A stretch of DNA of 64,000 nt from Convolutriloba macropyga (taxonomy: Eukaryota), in assembly GCF_964194025.1 (NCBI RefSeq), contig NC_134470.1:35464001-35528000 (forward strand), read 5' to 3'. A model generated the notes under the pieces. That model had not been told where the DNA came from. It ran no database searches and saw only the letters and a program-made list of their open reading frames with translations. The first letter of the stretch is position 1. The number at the start of each line of letters is the position of its first letter. The translations under genes and the position numbers were made by a program. Positions 28,104-41,300 of the stretch are shown piece by piece.

Positions 28104-30299
28104 AGCTAAAGAGATAAATCGAGTTTAGGAACTGCAGTAAGATTTTTCGTGTAGAAATAGGAAAAGGCAACTTCAATCAGGTATTTGATAGAGCATTTTT
28201 TTCAGTTCCATATGGCGGGAGTCCAGCCTGGCAGGAATTCTCACTTTCCAATTTTCAAAAATTTGGTTGTGAAAGTTTTTTCATTCGACAATTCGATTTT
28301 AACCCCTGCTAATTACAGCAGTTACTGTAGTGTTTTTTGTATTTAAGGTACTTTTTATTGGCATTCACTTATTAAATTTTCTGAAAATCGAATGCAGATA
28401 TAAAGAACGTTTTATTCAGAAACCTATAAAATTTTGATCCATTTGAACGCGCGTTTTACTGCTTGTGCGATCAATTGTATATTTCTATTCTCTGAAGTGG
28501 CACTGCTTTGATGTGTTGCAAATTTGTTTTTGTAGCAAATTGTGAACGTAAGGACAGCTGCTATCTAGAGCAAAACACATAGTTAGCTATATTTCCTGCC
28601 TCGTCAACTACTTCCATCCGGCCGAAAATGATTCAAATGACTTAATTGGCCGAATCCAATTTGAAGGTACAAATTGTTCTCGGATAATAGAATCTAGGTT
28701 CAGTTCAAGTTGATATTTGTTTTGACTGGGACTTAAGTTTGAGACGAATTGGTAAGACCGTAATGTATGCTTTGAAAATAAGTTTCATTCTTCTGCAGAT
28801 GGTCGTAATTTGCAAGTTTCATTTGCGTTTTGTACTCTTTAGATTAGACAAACTTGTACGCAGACTTAATGCAGAATTTATAATTCTCTCTTTTCTAACT
28901 CACTTTATGACTGAAGCTAGCTTTAAGCTTTAGTCAGCTCAAAAGTCCAATGTATTTTAAACCATAGTATAAACTGTAACTTGCATTCAATGGTTAAGCT
29001 TTGATTTTGTCTAGCTGAGGTTTTAATCCTTAGTATATTCATTACAACTCTCTGATTTATGCGAAATCTTAGGGACTATTTTGCGATCTTTCGCTAGCTT
29101 GTAGTTATTATGCAGTTCTAGTATTTTGAATTGCAACCGTTAAACATGGCCCTATTTCGTGGACTTTCCTTGTGTGTCACAAGTATTTGCACTGAAATAG
29201 GAACAATAGTGAAATATTGTCTGATCTGAAACTAAACCGCCAGTTTCGAAAGACGCGAGTCTGTTTCATGTTGTTTTGCGTTTGCTCGCTTGAATAAGTC
29301 AATCGAATGCAACCTCCCCCCCCCCTCACTCCCTCCCTCTATGTTCTATGTTTGAGAAAGTTTCCTAAAATAACATTCTATAGTTCAGTTGGTTTACTTT
29401 GGCTTATAGCCTCTGAAATGCAACTACGTAGAGATTTGCCTTCAAAATTGTGAAACATGCAATAATTTTGTTTATGAGGCAGTTAATTTTTTGACACGTG
29501 GTACGGTTATATTTGATTATTTTTGGTCTCTTATCGATTGGTATTTATTTGAACGTTTATTCCAACGTCATTTTTCCGTTAATTTGATTAGCATTAATGG
29601 TACGACCTTGTTATCTGGTTCTAGCGATGTCTGTTATCATTAACAATTTTGAGTTGTGGCAAAATGGGCTCAAGTTAAATTTGGAGAGATTATTTGAAAA
29701 GATTGGTATTCTGTCTGGCGAATTGTCAAGACTTCCGAGCAAAGCCAAGAGTTTTGGTTCGGAAGCGGTATCTCGTATGAAACAAACGTTGCTGTATGAA
29801 CGAGCGACCGTAAAGTTGTTGGCGTTCATTATTGTCTGAATCTTATCGTGGTGATTGATATTGGCGTCATCATGTGATTTTCAAATTTTGTTGCCTTTAA
29901 AAACGGCAAACGAAGATTTTTATTGTTTTTAGTGATCAGCTTAATATTTAATTGATTGGGGGGACATCGTTTTCGTGCGTAATTTTTCGTGCAAAATTTT
30001 AGTTTTTGCCTGTACTTGTCGTTTTTTTGTAGTTGTATGGCATATCCTGGATAATGAAAGGCCTTAGTCGTTCTCTATTGAGGTATAAAAACTCTCTCAA
30101 TGATTTCATTTGATGCGTAATGTTTCTAATCAGTTCGAATTTAATTCTTTTTTTAAAAAAGTAATGTTTTAATAAATTTTGCCCCTTTTGCTTATTTCTA
30201 GTCGATTTGCTGCCAAGTTGCATTGAGGAAAAGTCCCATATTTTGTTCCATTTTGATTTGGTTATTAATGGTTTTCAAAAAATGGACAAGGAATTTTGG

Positions 30300-30546
30300 T
30301 CGTAATTAATTTTTGTTAATTATTTGATTTTTATTGCCGTCTTTTCTGGTTGTCATATTATGGTAGCCACAGGTCTCATAAACCCTCTAGAGTAGATTGT
30401 TTTATTCTTTTAGTAGTTTGTTGAACGATATGTTGATTTGTTAATTTTTTTTATCTCTTCCTCATTTGGTAGACAATTAAGTGAAAAATGTAGATGAGCG
30501 GGGTCGGAACTTAATGTGCGAACGCACATTATCGAGCCTCCTTGTT
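30300..30546 (+). mobile_element. Family A 3' fragment with the best-preserved terminus
   Basis: GGGTCGGAAC (30501-30510), perfect hairpin TAATGTGCG-aa-CGCACATTA (30512-30531), end cgagcctccttgtt. The left boundary is approximate. Confidence 0.7.
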
Positions 30547-32192
30547 ACGTAACAAATCAACATAGGAGACTGATACCTGAAACAAGATCTTTACCAGCAA
30601 ACCAGCTGTTGCATTTAAGTTTTGATGGATTGTGTATAAAATTGGGCATTAAAACATCTTATCGTTTGTGTTCTTACCAGATAGTTCGGGGGGGGGGGGG
30701 GCTGAATTTAACAAAATTTTAGATTTGTAGCTGCGAAAATCTTCAGTTTAGATCAGAACTCTCCGAATAATAAAGCTTTTAAGGGCCGTCCTTTTCTTTT
30801 GCGCGTTTGTTTGTTGCTTCGAGATCAACATAATGTCCTTGAGACTTTTTTGCGATGACAAAATTGCAAGTTAAGAAAATTGGAGCGAAACCCTTTCGTT
30901 TATTGCTCTCAAAAAATGTTGGTGTCAATTAATGTAGTCCTGCTGGACTTTTATGCAATTTTTCTTTCTACTGGTTTTTCGTCTGATAGTTTTTTTTCTG
31001 ACCATTTGAGTTTTCATCCTCGATTCCCTAAGTGTATAAGTCATGATGTGAGTGGCGTTTTTGGCGCCGCAGGAGTTTTCGGCGAAACTGTTAGAGAATA
31101 TAGATTTGTGGTGTGAATGTAGGTTCGTAGAGTTTGACACCAAATCAACCTCATTACCCCCACCCCCCCCCCCCCCCTCCCCTCCGCCCTCGTCTCGTCT
31201 TCCTCCTGCGCCTCATTCCTCCCGTAACCCCCCTCAGCCAGGCTTGACGACCCCCTCGAGACCTCCATCCTCTTCCCACTTTGTTGAACCCCCTCTCAAT
31301 TAAGCTAAAGCTAGTGTCCTAAAATTCAGCTACTTACTAAGCTACCTACGGACAAAGTCAACGGCTCTTCAGTCGTCTGAGAGTAATTCGCTCAACGATA
31401 ACCGGTTGTTTTGATTCCTGGATCTGTTGCTAAAGTTTTTAAGCAACTGTCAATTTTTTAGACTAGCTTTGAAATCTGTTCGAATAGCATTTCCTTTACA
31501 GTGAAGAATATGCATTTTTTTGTTGCATTGTACTGCACCTGATCGCTGTAAATAAATTGCTCTGGATCAAAAACTGCATAAATCAGTTCTTTCCGTTACA
31601 TTTTTTAAAAGACGAACTAAATTACTTGGTCAATCATTGGCATGGCTCTAGTTTAAGTTAATTGTATATCAAATGCGTTTTTGACGCCACTCTTTTAAAG
31701 TATTTATGTCTATTGATCTGTTCGCATCTGTTATCGGCTAATGCGGTATAAGTCAAACAACAGAGGCAGTTATTTATTAAAAGTCCGCTCATTGAGTAAC
31801 AAAGAGTTGAGGCTAACTCAAACACCAATCGGATCCTGAATCACCGTCTGGCAGCAGCTTGAGTTAATTTTTGCGACATCAAAGGAAGTGATCAAGGTGC
31901 TCAATTCTATGCCAAATCTGTTTGTCTTTTAAGGGCTACAGGTTTGGCGTCAAATGCTCAGTTCACTATGCTTTACTATAGGCTAAAGTCTTGGGTTAAC
32001 GTTTTGATTTTACAAATTGTGTCCCTTTCCCCCAACCTTTTTGGGAAATGTTTGTAGTTCCAGTCCTTAAAACTTGTTGCTTTAGGCCAGTTGGTCAATT
32101 GAATGAGTTTTTGTACCAGTAACAGATTTGATTGAAAAACCTTTTCTACCATGTAGACTCGAGTATTTTGGTGATCTTCCAGATACTTGAGG

Positions 32193-32373
32193 ATGGGGCC
32201 TGACCAAGGCAACATAGAGCTGGAAGTGACCTACTTCCGGTCCAACCAGGACTTCCTGGAGAACATGGACCTCCCCATGGAAATGAAGCTCAACTTTTCC
32301 CTGCCTCGCAATACCACATTGGGAGACGTCAGACTCAAAATTTCGAGGACTGCCAAACAGAGACATGACGAAG
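32193..32373 (+). CDS. TLN: Talin coding exon 1 (N-terminal F0; MGPDQGNIELEV...AKQRHDE)
   Basis: Acceptor tcttccAG at 32181-32182, ATG at 32193, donor GTtcgt at 32374. Phase 1 matches the next exon, and GC content is coding-like. Confidence 0.75.
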
Positions 32374-35300
32374 GTTCGTATTCTCGGGCTTTTATTTTGG
32401 GTCATAGTTTTTTCTTGCATACGATTCGCCTCATTTGTAGCGATCGAATTTTGGCTCTTGGTCGTACCATTAATTTTTCTGAAGATGAAATTCAGAGCAA
32501 TTATGACTGTCCTAGTACTTTGTTGAGCAATTGTCCACCTGAGTGATTTTAATTGCTCTCGTTTCAATTAAACGCATGCATTCGAATTAAACACCAAAGC
32601 TAACATTACAATTAGTCGATTTAGTCGGTAGTAGGGACGACTATCTCGCCTAATTCTGCTTCACTTTTGGAGCAAGGGTTAAAAGATTAGTATCATTTCA
32701 AGAAAGTCAGTACTGTCAATTTTAAAATGGCTTTGACCGAGGTTCATCCATTCATCATGTATTTGTTTTGCTAAACAAATTTGTTACAATTATATAAGTC
32801 CTGGGCTCGTTCTTATGGAATTTTACACGTGATCACTTTTCTGATGATGTTTTTGATTTTTTCCTGCTTAAAAACAGGATTAGAAGGTGAAGCCCGGAGG
32901 GTATTAAGCTGCGGAGCAGCTCTCTTACAGCATTACTAGTCTCTAATTGTACAATTCATCGAAGCTAGAAGACATAAATTATTAATGTGAAGAGCTATAC
33001 TTTCGGGGTTTAGGCCCCACTCTCCCCTCGCCGAGCCCTCCGCTCGGACTCCGCCCATGCCGTTTCTATTTCCCCTTCTAAAGTTTGCTACTACCGTTGG
33101 AGAGTAATTCACTGTGTTAGAGAATTTTGTTTTACTTCTGGCAGACTATTTTCGTAAATTTGTCTAGCGAGCAATATTGATTTTGATTATTTGTTAAAAA
33201 ATAAATTGCTCGTAGAAGCAAAAAAAGTACATTTGAATACTTAGTTTGCGCGCCTTATCTTCTCAAACTATTGAATTTTTCATACCTGCAAGCCGTGAAG
33301 CTTGAACACGACATCAATCTGAGGTGAACTACCATTCTTTCACAATGTTCAGCAATGTCAGTTAGTCGTCTGGCTATAGTATTTGTTTGTGGTCCGAAAT
33401 TGTAGCCAGACGTCTAAATCACCAAGAACCTCTCATCTTTCTTGAAAAGCTATATTCGGAAACTTCAATTCGTCTCTAGTTTGAGAAAAGTTGCGCCAAA
33501 TTTAGTATGCTTTTTAAGGCCAGTGAGAATAATTTAAGGCCAGTGAGTCTTGACCAGCTCTTACTGTTGCTTTGGTACTCAGAACATTGTGCTGCTTCCG
33601 TTATCAGCCTAGGAATGCATAGCGGCTGCTTCCGTTAATGCATAGCGGCATTTAGAAACTGGTTTTAGCCAAATTAGTGGAAGTGCTAAAAAAAATTTCC
33701 AGAGCGGAGTATCAAATTTTGAAAAATGCTCTTATATTTTCGATGCGTTTACCCTTTCTTTGGCAAATTCTGCCTTAGAAGTTTTCTATTACAGCTGATA
33801 AAATTAATTAAAGGGCGCTGCTTAAATGGAGTAAAAAGCAGGAATCACTTATATTTGTACTATAAATTTTGTTACGGTTTTGTGATCTTGTCGTTTTGTG
33901 ATCAAAATATAACCTGCTTCAAAATCTAGTTCAAAGAACAATTTAGTTGAGAGATACTTTTCTTCAAAATTGAATAGATCAATTTGGAAATATGGAAACC
34001 AAGTGCGCAACAACAACATAACTAGCCATAACAGTAATTGGATGCCAAAAACAATCCGGTTGCATATTCAAATATTACCTGCTCAGTTTAACGGCGTATT
34101 TAGATTTTTTTCAATCTTAGAAAAAATGTATGTAAAGAATATTACTGTTAAAATAACCATGGTTGAACTGCGGGTTCGTTTTGCTCATATCGACCCATTC
34201 TCCTCATTTATGTTAACGTTAATCAAAGATGACTGCTAATATTGAATTGATTTTCAAAAAAATTGAAGAGGTGTCGTTACGTCCTTAAATTGAATGCTCG
34301 GTTACTGTGGTCTGTTGAATCATAAGACTTAAAGAATCAGTTAAAATGAACAGTCTTTTTGATTGTCAGGTAAAACTAATCCAGAAAATTGCCATTAAAT
34401 TTGAGTTTCATAAATTTTGGATTATCGGAACTCATACCTAAGAGGTATAACCAAATCATCACGGGCAAATCGGCCCGATTTGTGTGTCTTTTGTTCGTCT
34501 TTCCTATGTCAATACATTGAAAATGTAACAATATCGCGAGAAATAAAAATCGGTCAAAAGGGAATTGCGCAACCCGAGTTCGCAAGTGTCCAAATTTTAG
34601 CAGCGGAATTGAGATAAAAGCTTTACATCCTATTTTTCGCGCGCTGTGTAGAACTTTAGTGCTCCGTTTAGGTATATCTTTTTCGCACTGAGCGTAACTC
34701 TATTCTGCATTGAATATATCTGTAATCCGCAATTGTGCCTTAATTAATGCGCTTTTGAATGTGTAAAAGTGGTTTGTTTTTTTTTTATTTGACAGCAATT
34801 AAGTTCACAATAGAGACAGCAATTTCGCTGATTTGGTAAAATGTCTAATATGAATTGAATACTTGTCTTCTTGCTTTTTTCAAATATTGAGTGATTTCAA
34901 TTTGAATTAAACAAATAACGTTCTTTCAATTGAAGTTTTTCAATATTTTTTGAGTTTATTGACAGGAGTCTATTGACAGATGAACACCAAGATAAAATAG
35001 AGGGAATTTTTGGTTAAAAAATGGTTTTGAACCGATTACTGTTTTCTTTTGTTTATTTTTATTACTGAGTGATTTTCAACGGAATTCAGCAAATGAAATT
35101 ATTCAATTGAGTTGATTCCATATACTTTGCATCTGTTTACAGGTGTCGATTGACAGGTTGATTGATTTTTTACTGAAAAATCCCTCTGTTCATCCCTAGC
35201 GATTATTGACACGTTGACAATCTGGCCACCTTAAAGCAAGAAATTATACCACGGCTAATGCATGAAACTATTTTAGATTGCTAAGGAAATTGAGAATTTT

Positions 35301-38300
35301 TGTGGACTTGTATCCATTGACAGGTGTCTATTGATTTACTGAAAAAACTATCTTTTTTAAAACTAAATTTGATATATATATAAAAATATTGATATAAAAT
35401 AAGATTTAAACTACGAGTTTCGAATTCTAGATGAATTTATACGAGTCCCAGATGTTAAGCTCACTTCTCTATGGTATAATTTTAAGCTTAAACCACTTAA
35501 ATGCTCAATTAATGAAGCTTTTAACCACTTTCATGCTCAATAAATGATAATTTACCTCTGCTTTGCAATGTGCTATCCAAAAAACGTTTTGCGGGCCCGA
35601 TTTAAATCAGCGGAGAGAAACAATTTGTGAGATAAGAGAAAGTCTATTATCGAGACGAATTTTTCTTTGAGGTAGCAACAAAACAAGGTTCTAATTTTGC
35701 CTGAAGTTGTTTAAAGCAATCTCCGACAGACCCTAGATTGCCTGATTTGAAGAAATATGTTAAAGAAAATTACAGATTGACATCAGAAAAACATCAGGAA
35801 AAACATTTTCTCTTGTTTTCTTCAGGAAGCTTCTGGTTGCGAAAGTGTGCTCTCCAAAAATTATGCTTCTTTACTACTTGCATCAATTTTAAAATGTTAT
35901 AAATTCAGATATTCTTGCTGCTGTTCTTCCATAGAAAGCATCGACTGGGATCAAATAGTTTTGTCGGTTGTGGAAAAACTGCAGTCTTTGAAAAATGGAT
36001 AAATGACCCGAAATCAGGCAAAAATGAGGCGGCAGTTGGTATTTAATTTTTTCAGAAACAGGAATTCGAAAAAAAATCTGAAAATTGCCTAAGGTTGTCA
36101 TGAAAATCACATTTTCCTCTTGATTTCAAAATTTAATCACCGATAAGCCCTTTTTTCTTTAAATAAAAAATTATGTACTTCTCAATTGCTACTATAGATT
36201 GTGAATGCGTGTAAGCTAGATGAAAAACTTCAAAAAATTTTTTATGCCTTTTTTTCAAAGAGAACAAAATATTACAACTGGATAAATATTTTGACTAAAA
36301 ATAATGCAGCATATTCTTTTTACCTGCTAGTTTTTCATTTTTTCAGAACAACTACTAACTGTTCACTTTGAACGAAATCCATAACTTTCCATAGTTAGTA
36401 ATCATCGATAGTTAGTAATGTTTTTTATATATTATTTATCACTGAAGAAGAAACGTTCAAGACTATTTTGAAAAGTGTATAAAATTCTATCACGAAATTA
36501 ATTTTTTAAACGTATATTGTCAGGAAACCGTCCCTCTAGCGTTCATTCTACTAGTTTTTGGTTTTGGGAGAATTGGATTTGAAAAACATTCTTTCCAAGA
36601 TTGGATACCAATGTCAATACCTATGCTGTAAGCTTAACTTTTTGCGTTTTAGAAAAACCACCGTATGAATAAGTGAGCTCGCAGGGTATAGTTTATGTAA
36701 TTTTTTGGCATAAACTTGATTAGGCAAGGTTTAATATCGTTATCAATCGCTCAGGCTGGTCATTTTTAAATTTCCAAATGTGATGATTTTTTAAAGCTGT
36801 TTTGTGTTTAGTTGAGAGGTTTGGACTGTTTGTGCCCAAGCAGCAGTTGGATCTAAGTGACATGGCGCCCAATAGGAACGAAGGTATCTGGTATGACTCC
36901 AGTCGAGACATCGAGAAGCTGGGCAGCCTTGTCTCTGGTCCAGGAGTCACAACTCTTCAGGTTACTTGAAAACGCCGTCAATTCTATCAAATTGCTTAGC
37001 ATGCTGTCATGTGGGTACCAAGCCTATCAAAAGCATAAATGGAATGAAGAATGAAAGAGCCCAATTTTGGTTAAGGGACTATCGGACATGATCTGATGTA
37101 ATAAGTTATGCTTTTATGCGCGCTATTTATCTTCCTCGTCGCTTAAATGTGCACAGTGTGCGGTGTTCCGCCTTCAGGTAATATTGAGTGTGTAGTGTTG
37201 GTGGTGCTGTGGACGGACGTCAGAGAAGCAAACTAATCAGCTTGCTTCACTGACGCCAGTGTTGGTGATGCTTCAAAAAAGACCCTTGAGTTATAGTTAC
37301 TTTGGCACGATATGCCTGGGCTACCCTTTGCCCACTGTTGTTCCTTGTCAACAGTTAAAACTTTCGTGAGATTTGCTTCACAAATCTTCTTTTGCTACCA
37401 TGAAAAAGTCATCCATTTCCTAACCATTCGATTACATCTATCTAATCAACATTATGACTTGGTGTTTCTTAAAGTTACAGTTTTTAGCACGTGCCTCCTG
37501 GTACACACAGGAAAGATTACATGAAGCGCAACCTACAATAGTTGATTTGTTTTAGCTTGAGTATAGAAGCCTCTATCGAACGATTACCATCAACCTGCCT
37601 TCTGGCCACCGCAAGATGGATGTTCGCGAGACACAGAAAGTAGGCGAGATTGTTCGCATGGTGTGCCAGAAAGAAGGCATAGTTGGAGACATAGTTGACG
37701 AGTATTCCATTATGGTGGAACCAGAGACACCCGCTGAGGGCCAGACTATGACCTTGGGTGGCACCAGGACATGGGGCAACATGACCACTATGGGCAAGAG
37801 TAAAACTATGGGAATGGGGACCCTGTCTCCCGACTTCAAAGGATCTCCCGGTGGTGAAAAGACACCTGTAGGTATCTAAAGGTTTTTAACGTATCTGATG
37901 TTATCACTTTGGCGAAAAATGCAAAAATATTTTTGTACTAATATTGTGACAAAAAAGTTGGACGAATCAAGGAGGTGTGGTTGTTATAATTTTGTTTTGT
38001 GTATCTTATTGAACCGAGTTGCCCAATTTTGGGCAAATATTGAGTGCAAGATGCGAGATTATGAGTTGCATCAAGACTTTCCTCCGGAAGCCTTCAATTC
38101 GAAGAGTAACCTATTTGATAATGCTATAGCAATTGAATTGAATGACTATTAACGAGACAATGATATCGCTAAATTGGCAAAAAAAATTGCTACAACTTTT
38201 TAGCCTGCGTTAAATTGATATCTTTGTTTGAAACTGTTATGATTGGAATACCAAATTGCTCTTGAACGAATTCTGAAGCAATTACTGTAATTTTTTAATG

Positions 38301-41300
38301 CAAAATTCTTGCTTGACCGTTTTGTTCTGGAACAATTCTTGGATTTCAATTATCGTGTGACTTTTTAACGCTTGATTTCTTGCTTTTTGCGTTACCTAAA
38401 TTGCTCTTATTCAGAAATTAAGTCTGTTAAAATAAGCGATTAGAAGATAACTGCATTGATATCCTAGGGGTTAGGGTACTTGGTCAGCCTTTATTGAGGC
38501 TACAATTATTGAGGCTAAAATTATCTAGGCTACAGCTCCATCTAAAAGAAATGGCCCTGCCTGTCGCTCGAGAGCAATTTGTTTAACGTTAGTTGGCTTA
38601 TGTTCTTAATCCGGAAACTCGGTGTGAATAACTAACTATTAATTTTCAGGCATCCAATTCGATGATGTCCAGAATAGTAAGCAGTTCACCCTATCACTTA
38701 CTCTACTTCCTTGACGAGTACTCCTTTACTACTACATGGCAATGGTCTCCTCTTATGAAGAGTTCACGAATCTATTTTGTGTTTAATAGCCGCCCTCATC
38801 TTCTCAGCCGGCTATTATAGCGCTCCTATTACAATTCAAAGAATTTTTACAGTTCAAAGAATTTGAATTGTGTTGGGACGCTGTCTTTTTTTAAGATCTG
38901 TTCACACATTTTCATGATTTTTGAAGTCAAATTGGAGTAGTGATTTTGGTCACGCCGAAACAGGAAGTGGAGCGAAAAAGCGAGTGGTTTTGCGGCGTGA
39001 AATTTTTTTCGCTCTAATTTTAAAGTAGAGAAAACGGTGTTTGAACAAAAATTCGGTTTCTCGGTAGCGGTTTTTTGTTCACATGCGGCAATTTCACTCT
39101 GATTTTTACTGTTTTTCGATTTTTTGGATCGGATTTTTTTTCTTGATGGTTTTCCCAATCCATTCACAGCTCATTCTAGGCCTAGTTTTTTGTTCGAATT
39201 AAATTTTCATTTCTCGCTAGTGGTTTTTTTGTTCACATGCGGCATTTTGACATTGATTTTCTGTTTTTTTCTTTTTTATCTGATTTTTTTAAAAATATTT
39301 TTCTCAATTCACTCATAGCCCATTCTAGGTCTAGTTTTTCTGTTTAGTCAATGAAAATTCTTTGAATTGTACGTCAGGACTTGTCCTGCGATGTTTTTTA
39401 CTTCGTCGAACAAAAAAAGGTTTCGCTTTACCTCATTTTGCCGCTTTTTCGACATTTTGCGTGAAATCTTTTTGACTTCTCTAGGCTAGTTTCTCTCTTC
39501 TCTAATTCTGCTAAAAGTGATTTTGAACATCAGTTACTCAGCAAAGCAATTCAAAATGAACAGAGTCAGTATAAAAAATTGAAGTCAGAAATAGAAACGG
39601 GATAAACCCATAAAGCCCAATTTTAGATGCCCGCTATTTGAACGTCGTTCCTATAAGTCTTAGTTACCATTGGTATTGATAGTAGCCCCTGTAGCCTCTC
39701 TCTAAGAAACAGAAGTACGTTATGTTCAACTAAGAAATGCCATCAAAATAAATCGGACTTAAAAAATGTTTTTGCACAAAAATCTTTTTTCAATATCTTC
39801 TATTCTTTCAATCCCAATCATGCTTATTGGAATCAACGGCGGCTATTTTCCGGCAATCTGCCGGGTATGTTTCTCCTTTTGTTGATCTAAGTTTTCTGAT
39901 CTTCGAATGATAGAATTATAGATCCTATAGCTGTCATGAGTCATTAATGAGCTTTTTGCCTTGTGATCAAAGTTAATTTGAGAACTGAAAGTGTAGGCTC
40001 ATTTTCGGTTACTAAGTTTGCGTTCTTGGTTTTAACTTGTCTCGGAATTTATTGGTTGCTGTGCAGACTTGCAGTACTCCAGATCCTATCGCAAATAAGC
40101 ATATTTCAAAAGGAGAATTTATAAACATAACTAGTGCGAATCGAGACTAATAAAATCAAGATGAATTTTTTATCAGCTTGAAGTATCCTTTCCTCTGCAT
40201 GTGATATGCTGTCTGCAAATTAAAGATTGAGACCGTATGAATAATTTACCATAGAAAAATTTGATGTCAGCAATTTCTTGTGAAATCCAGTGATACTACT
40301 ATAAGATTTTTACTTCGTTATATTTTTGGATATGGAATATTTATGTGGATGTAAAAAAATTATAAGGTTAACAAAGATTTCGTAGTTTCTGGAAATGGAA
40401 GATTCAGTGTAGCCCTTAACAAATTTTTGTATCGACGTTTTACTTCATTTAGTCCTTGTGGAGCTTGAGTCAAATAGCATGCTGATTTGACGATAAGAAG
40501 TGCATTGCAGCGTTCGTGTAGAACAGCGGAAAATAGTTGTTTTTGTACTTTGGCATTCTGTAATTTTAGGCGACAATTGGTCGAAATGCTAAGAAAATGG
40601 AAAAACTGAAGAAGAAACTGAGAACAGATGATGAGATTCTGTGGCTGGACCACTCCAAGAGTCTACATGACCATACCAATATTGACCTGGATACTGTTAA
40701 GCTCACATTCAGAAGGAAGTTCTTCTTCTCCGATGTGAATGTGACCGAGACTGATCCCGTACAACTGTCCCTTCTTTACAAACAGGTTAACTGCTCATTA
40801 TTCTAATTGTGAACAATTTGGGCTGATTAATAGCCGCGTCAGCAATTCCAGGCGGCTATTATAGCGCTCCTATTTTTTTACAATTCAAAGAATTTGAATT
40901 GTATTGGTGCGCTGTGTTTTTTTTAAAGATCTGTTCACACATTTTTCAATGACTTTGATCTTTCAAAACGGGATAAACAGGTAAAGCCCAGCGGGCATTA
41001 AGTTTCATTAGAAGCCCAAAGTTGGCTTTAGTAGTCCTTCAAGTGCTTATAGTGGTGCAGCTGCTGGGATGGCCTTAATTTAAGGTTAAAAGGTCATTTT
41101 TAGGAGTTTTTGGGCTCAAAATGGTGCAATTTTTCACGTTTTTTTGTGATTTTTTGTGAGTTTTTTGTTTGATTAGTCTCAGGTTGAAGTTTTTAAAAAT
41201 TGATGAAGGCTTTTTGTGAGACAGAATTGCTTGTTATGACCATTTTATGAGCTATATGTTTTGATACTACAAACACTAACACACACAAAATGATACTAAT

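Noticed and set aside
451-31303. Dozens of 60-130 aa ORFs in the track
   Set aside because: F/L/K-rich chance frames from T- or A-rich repeats, with no motifs or splice support.
31041-31303. Poly-Pro/poly-Gly ORFs (also 14437-14640 and 61403-61606)
   Set aside because: Products of C/G homopolymer runs.
37868-37873. Alternative donor gtaG|GTatct at 37872
   Set aside because: It gives phase 1, which is incompatible with the downstream exons; GTaggt at 37868 was chosen.
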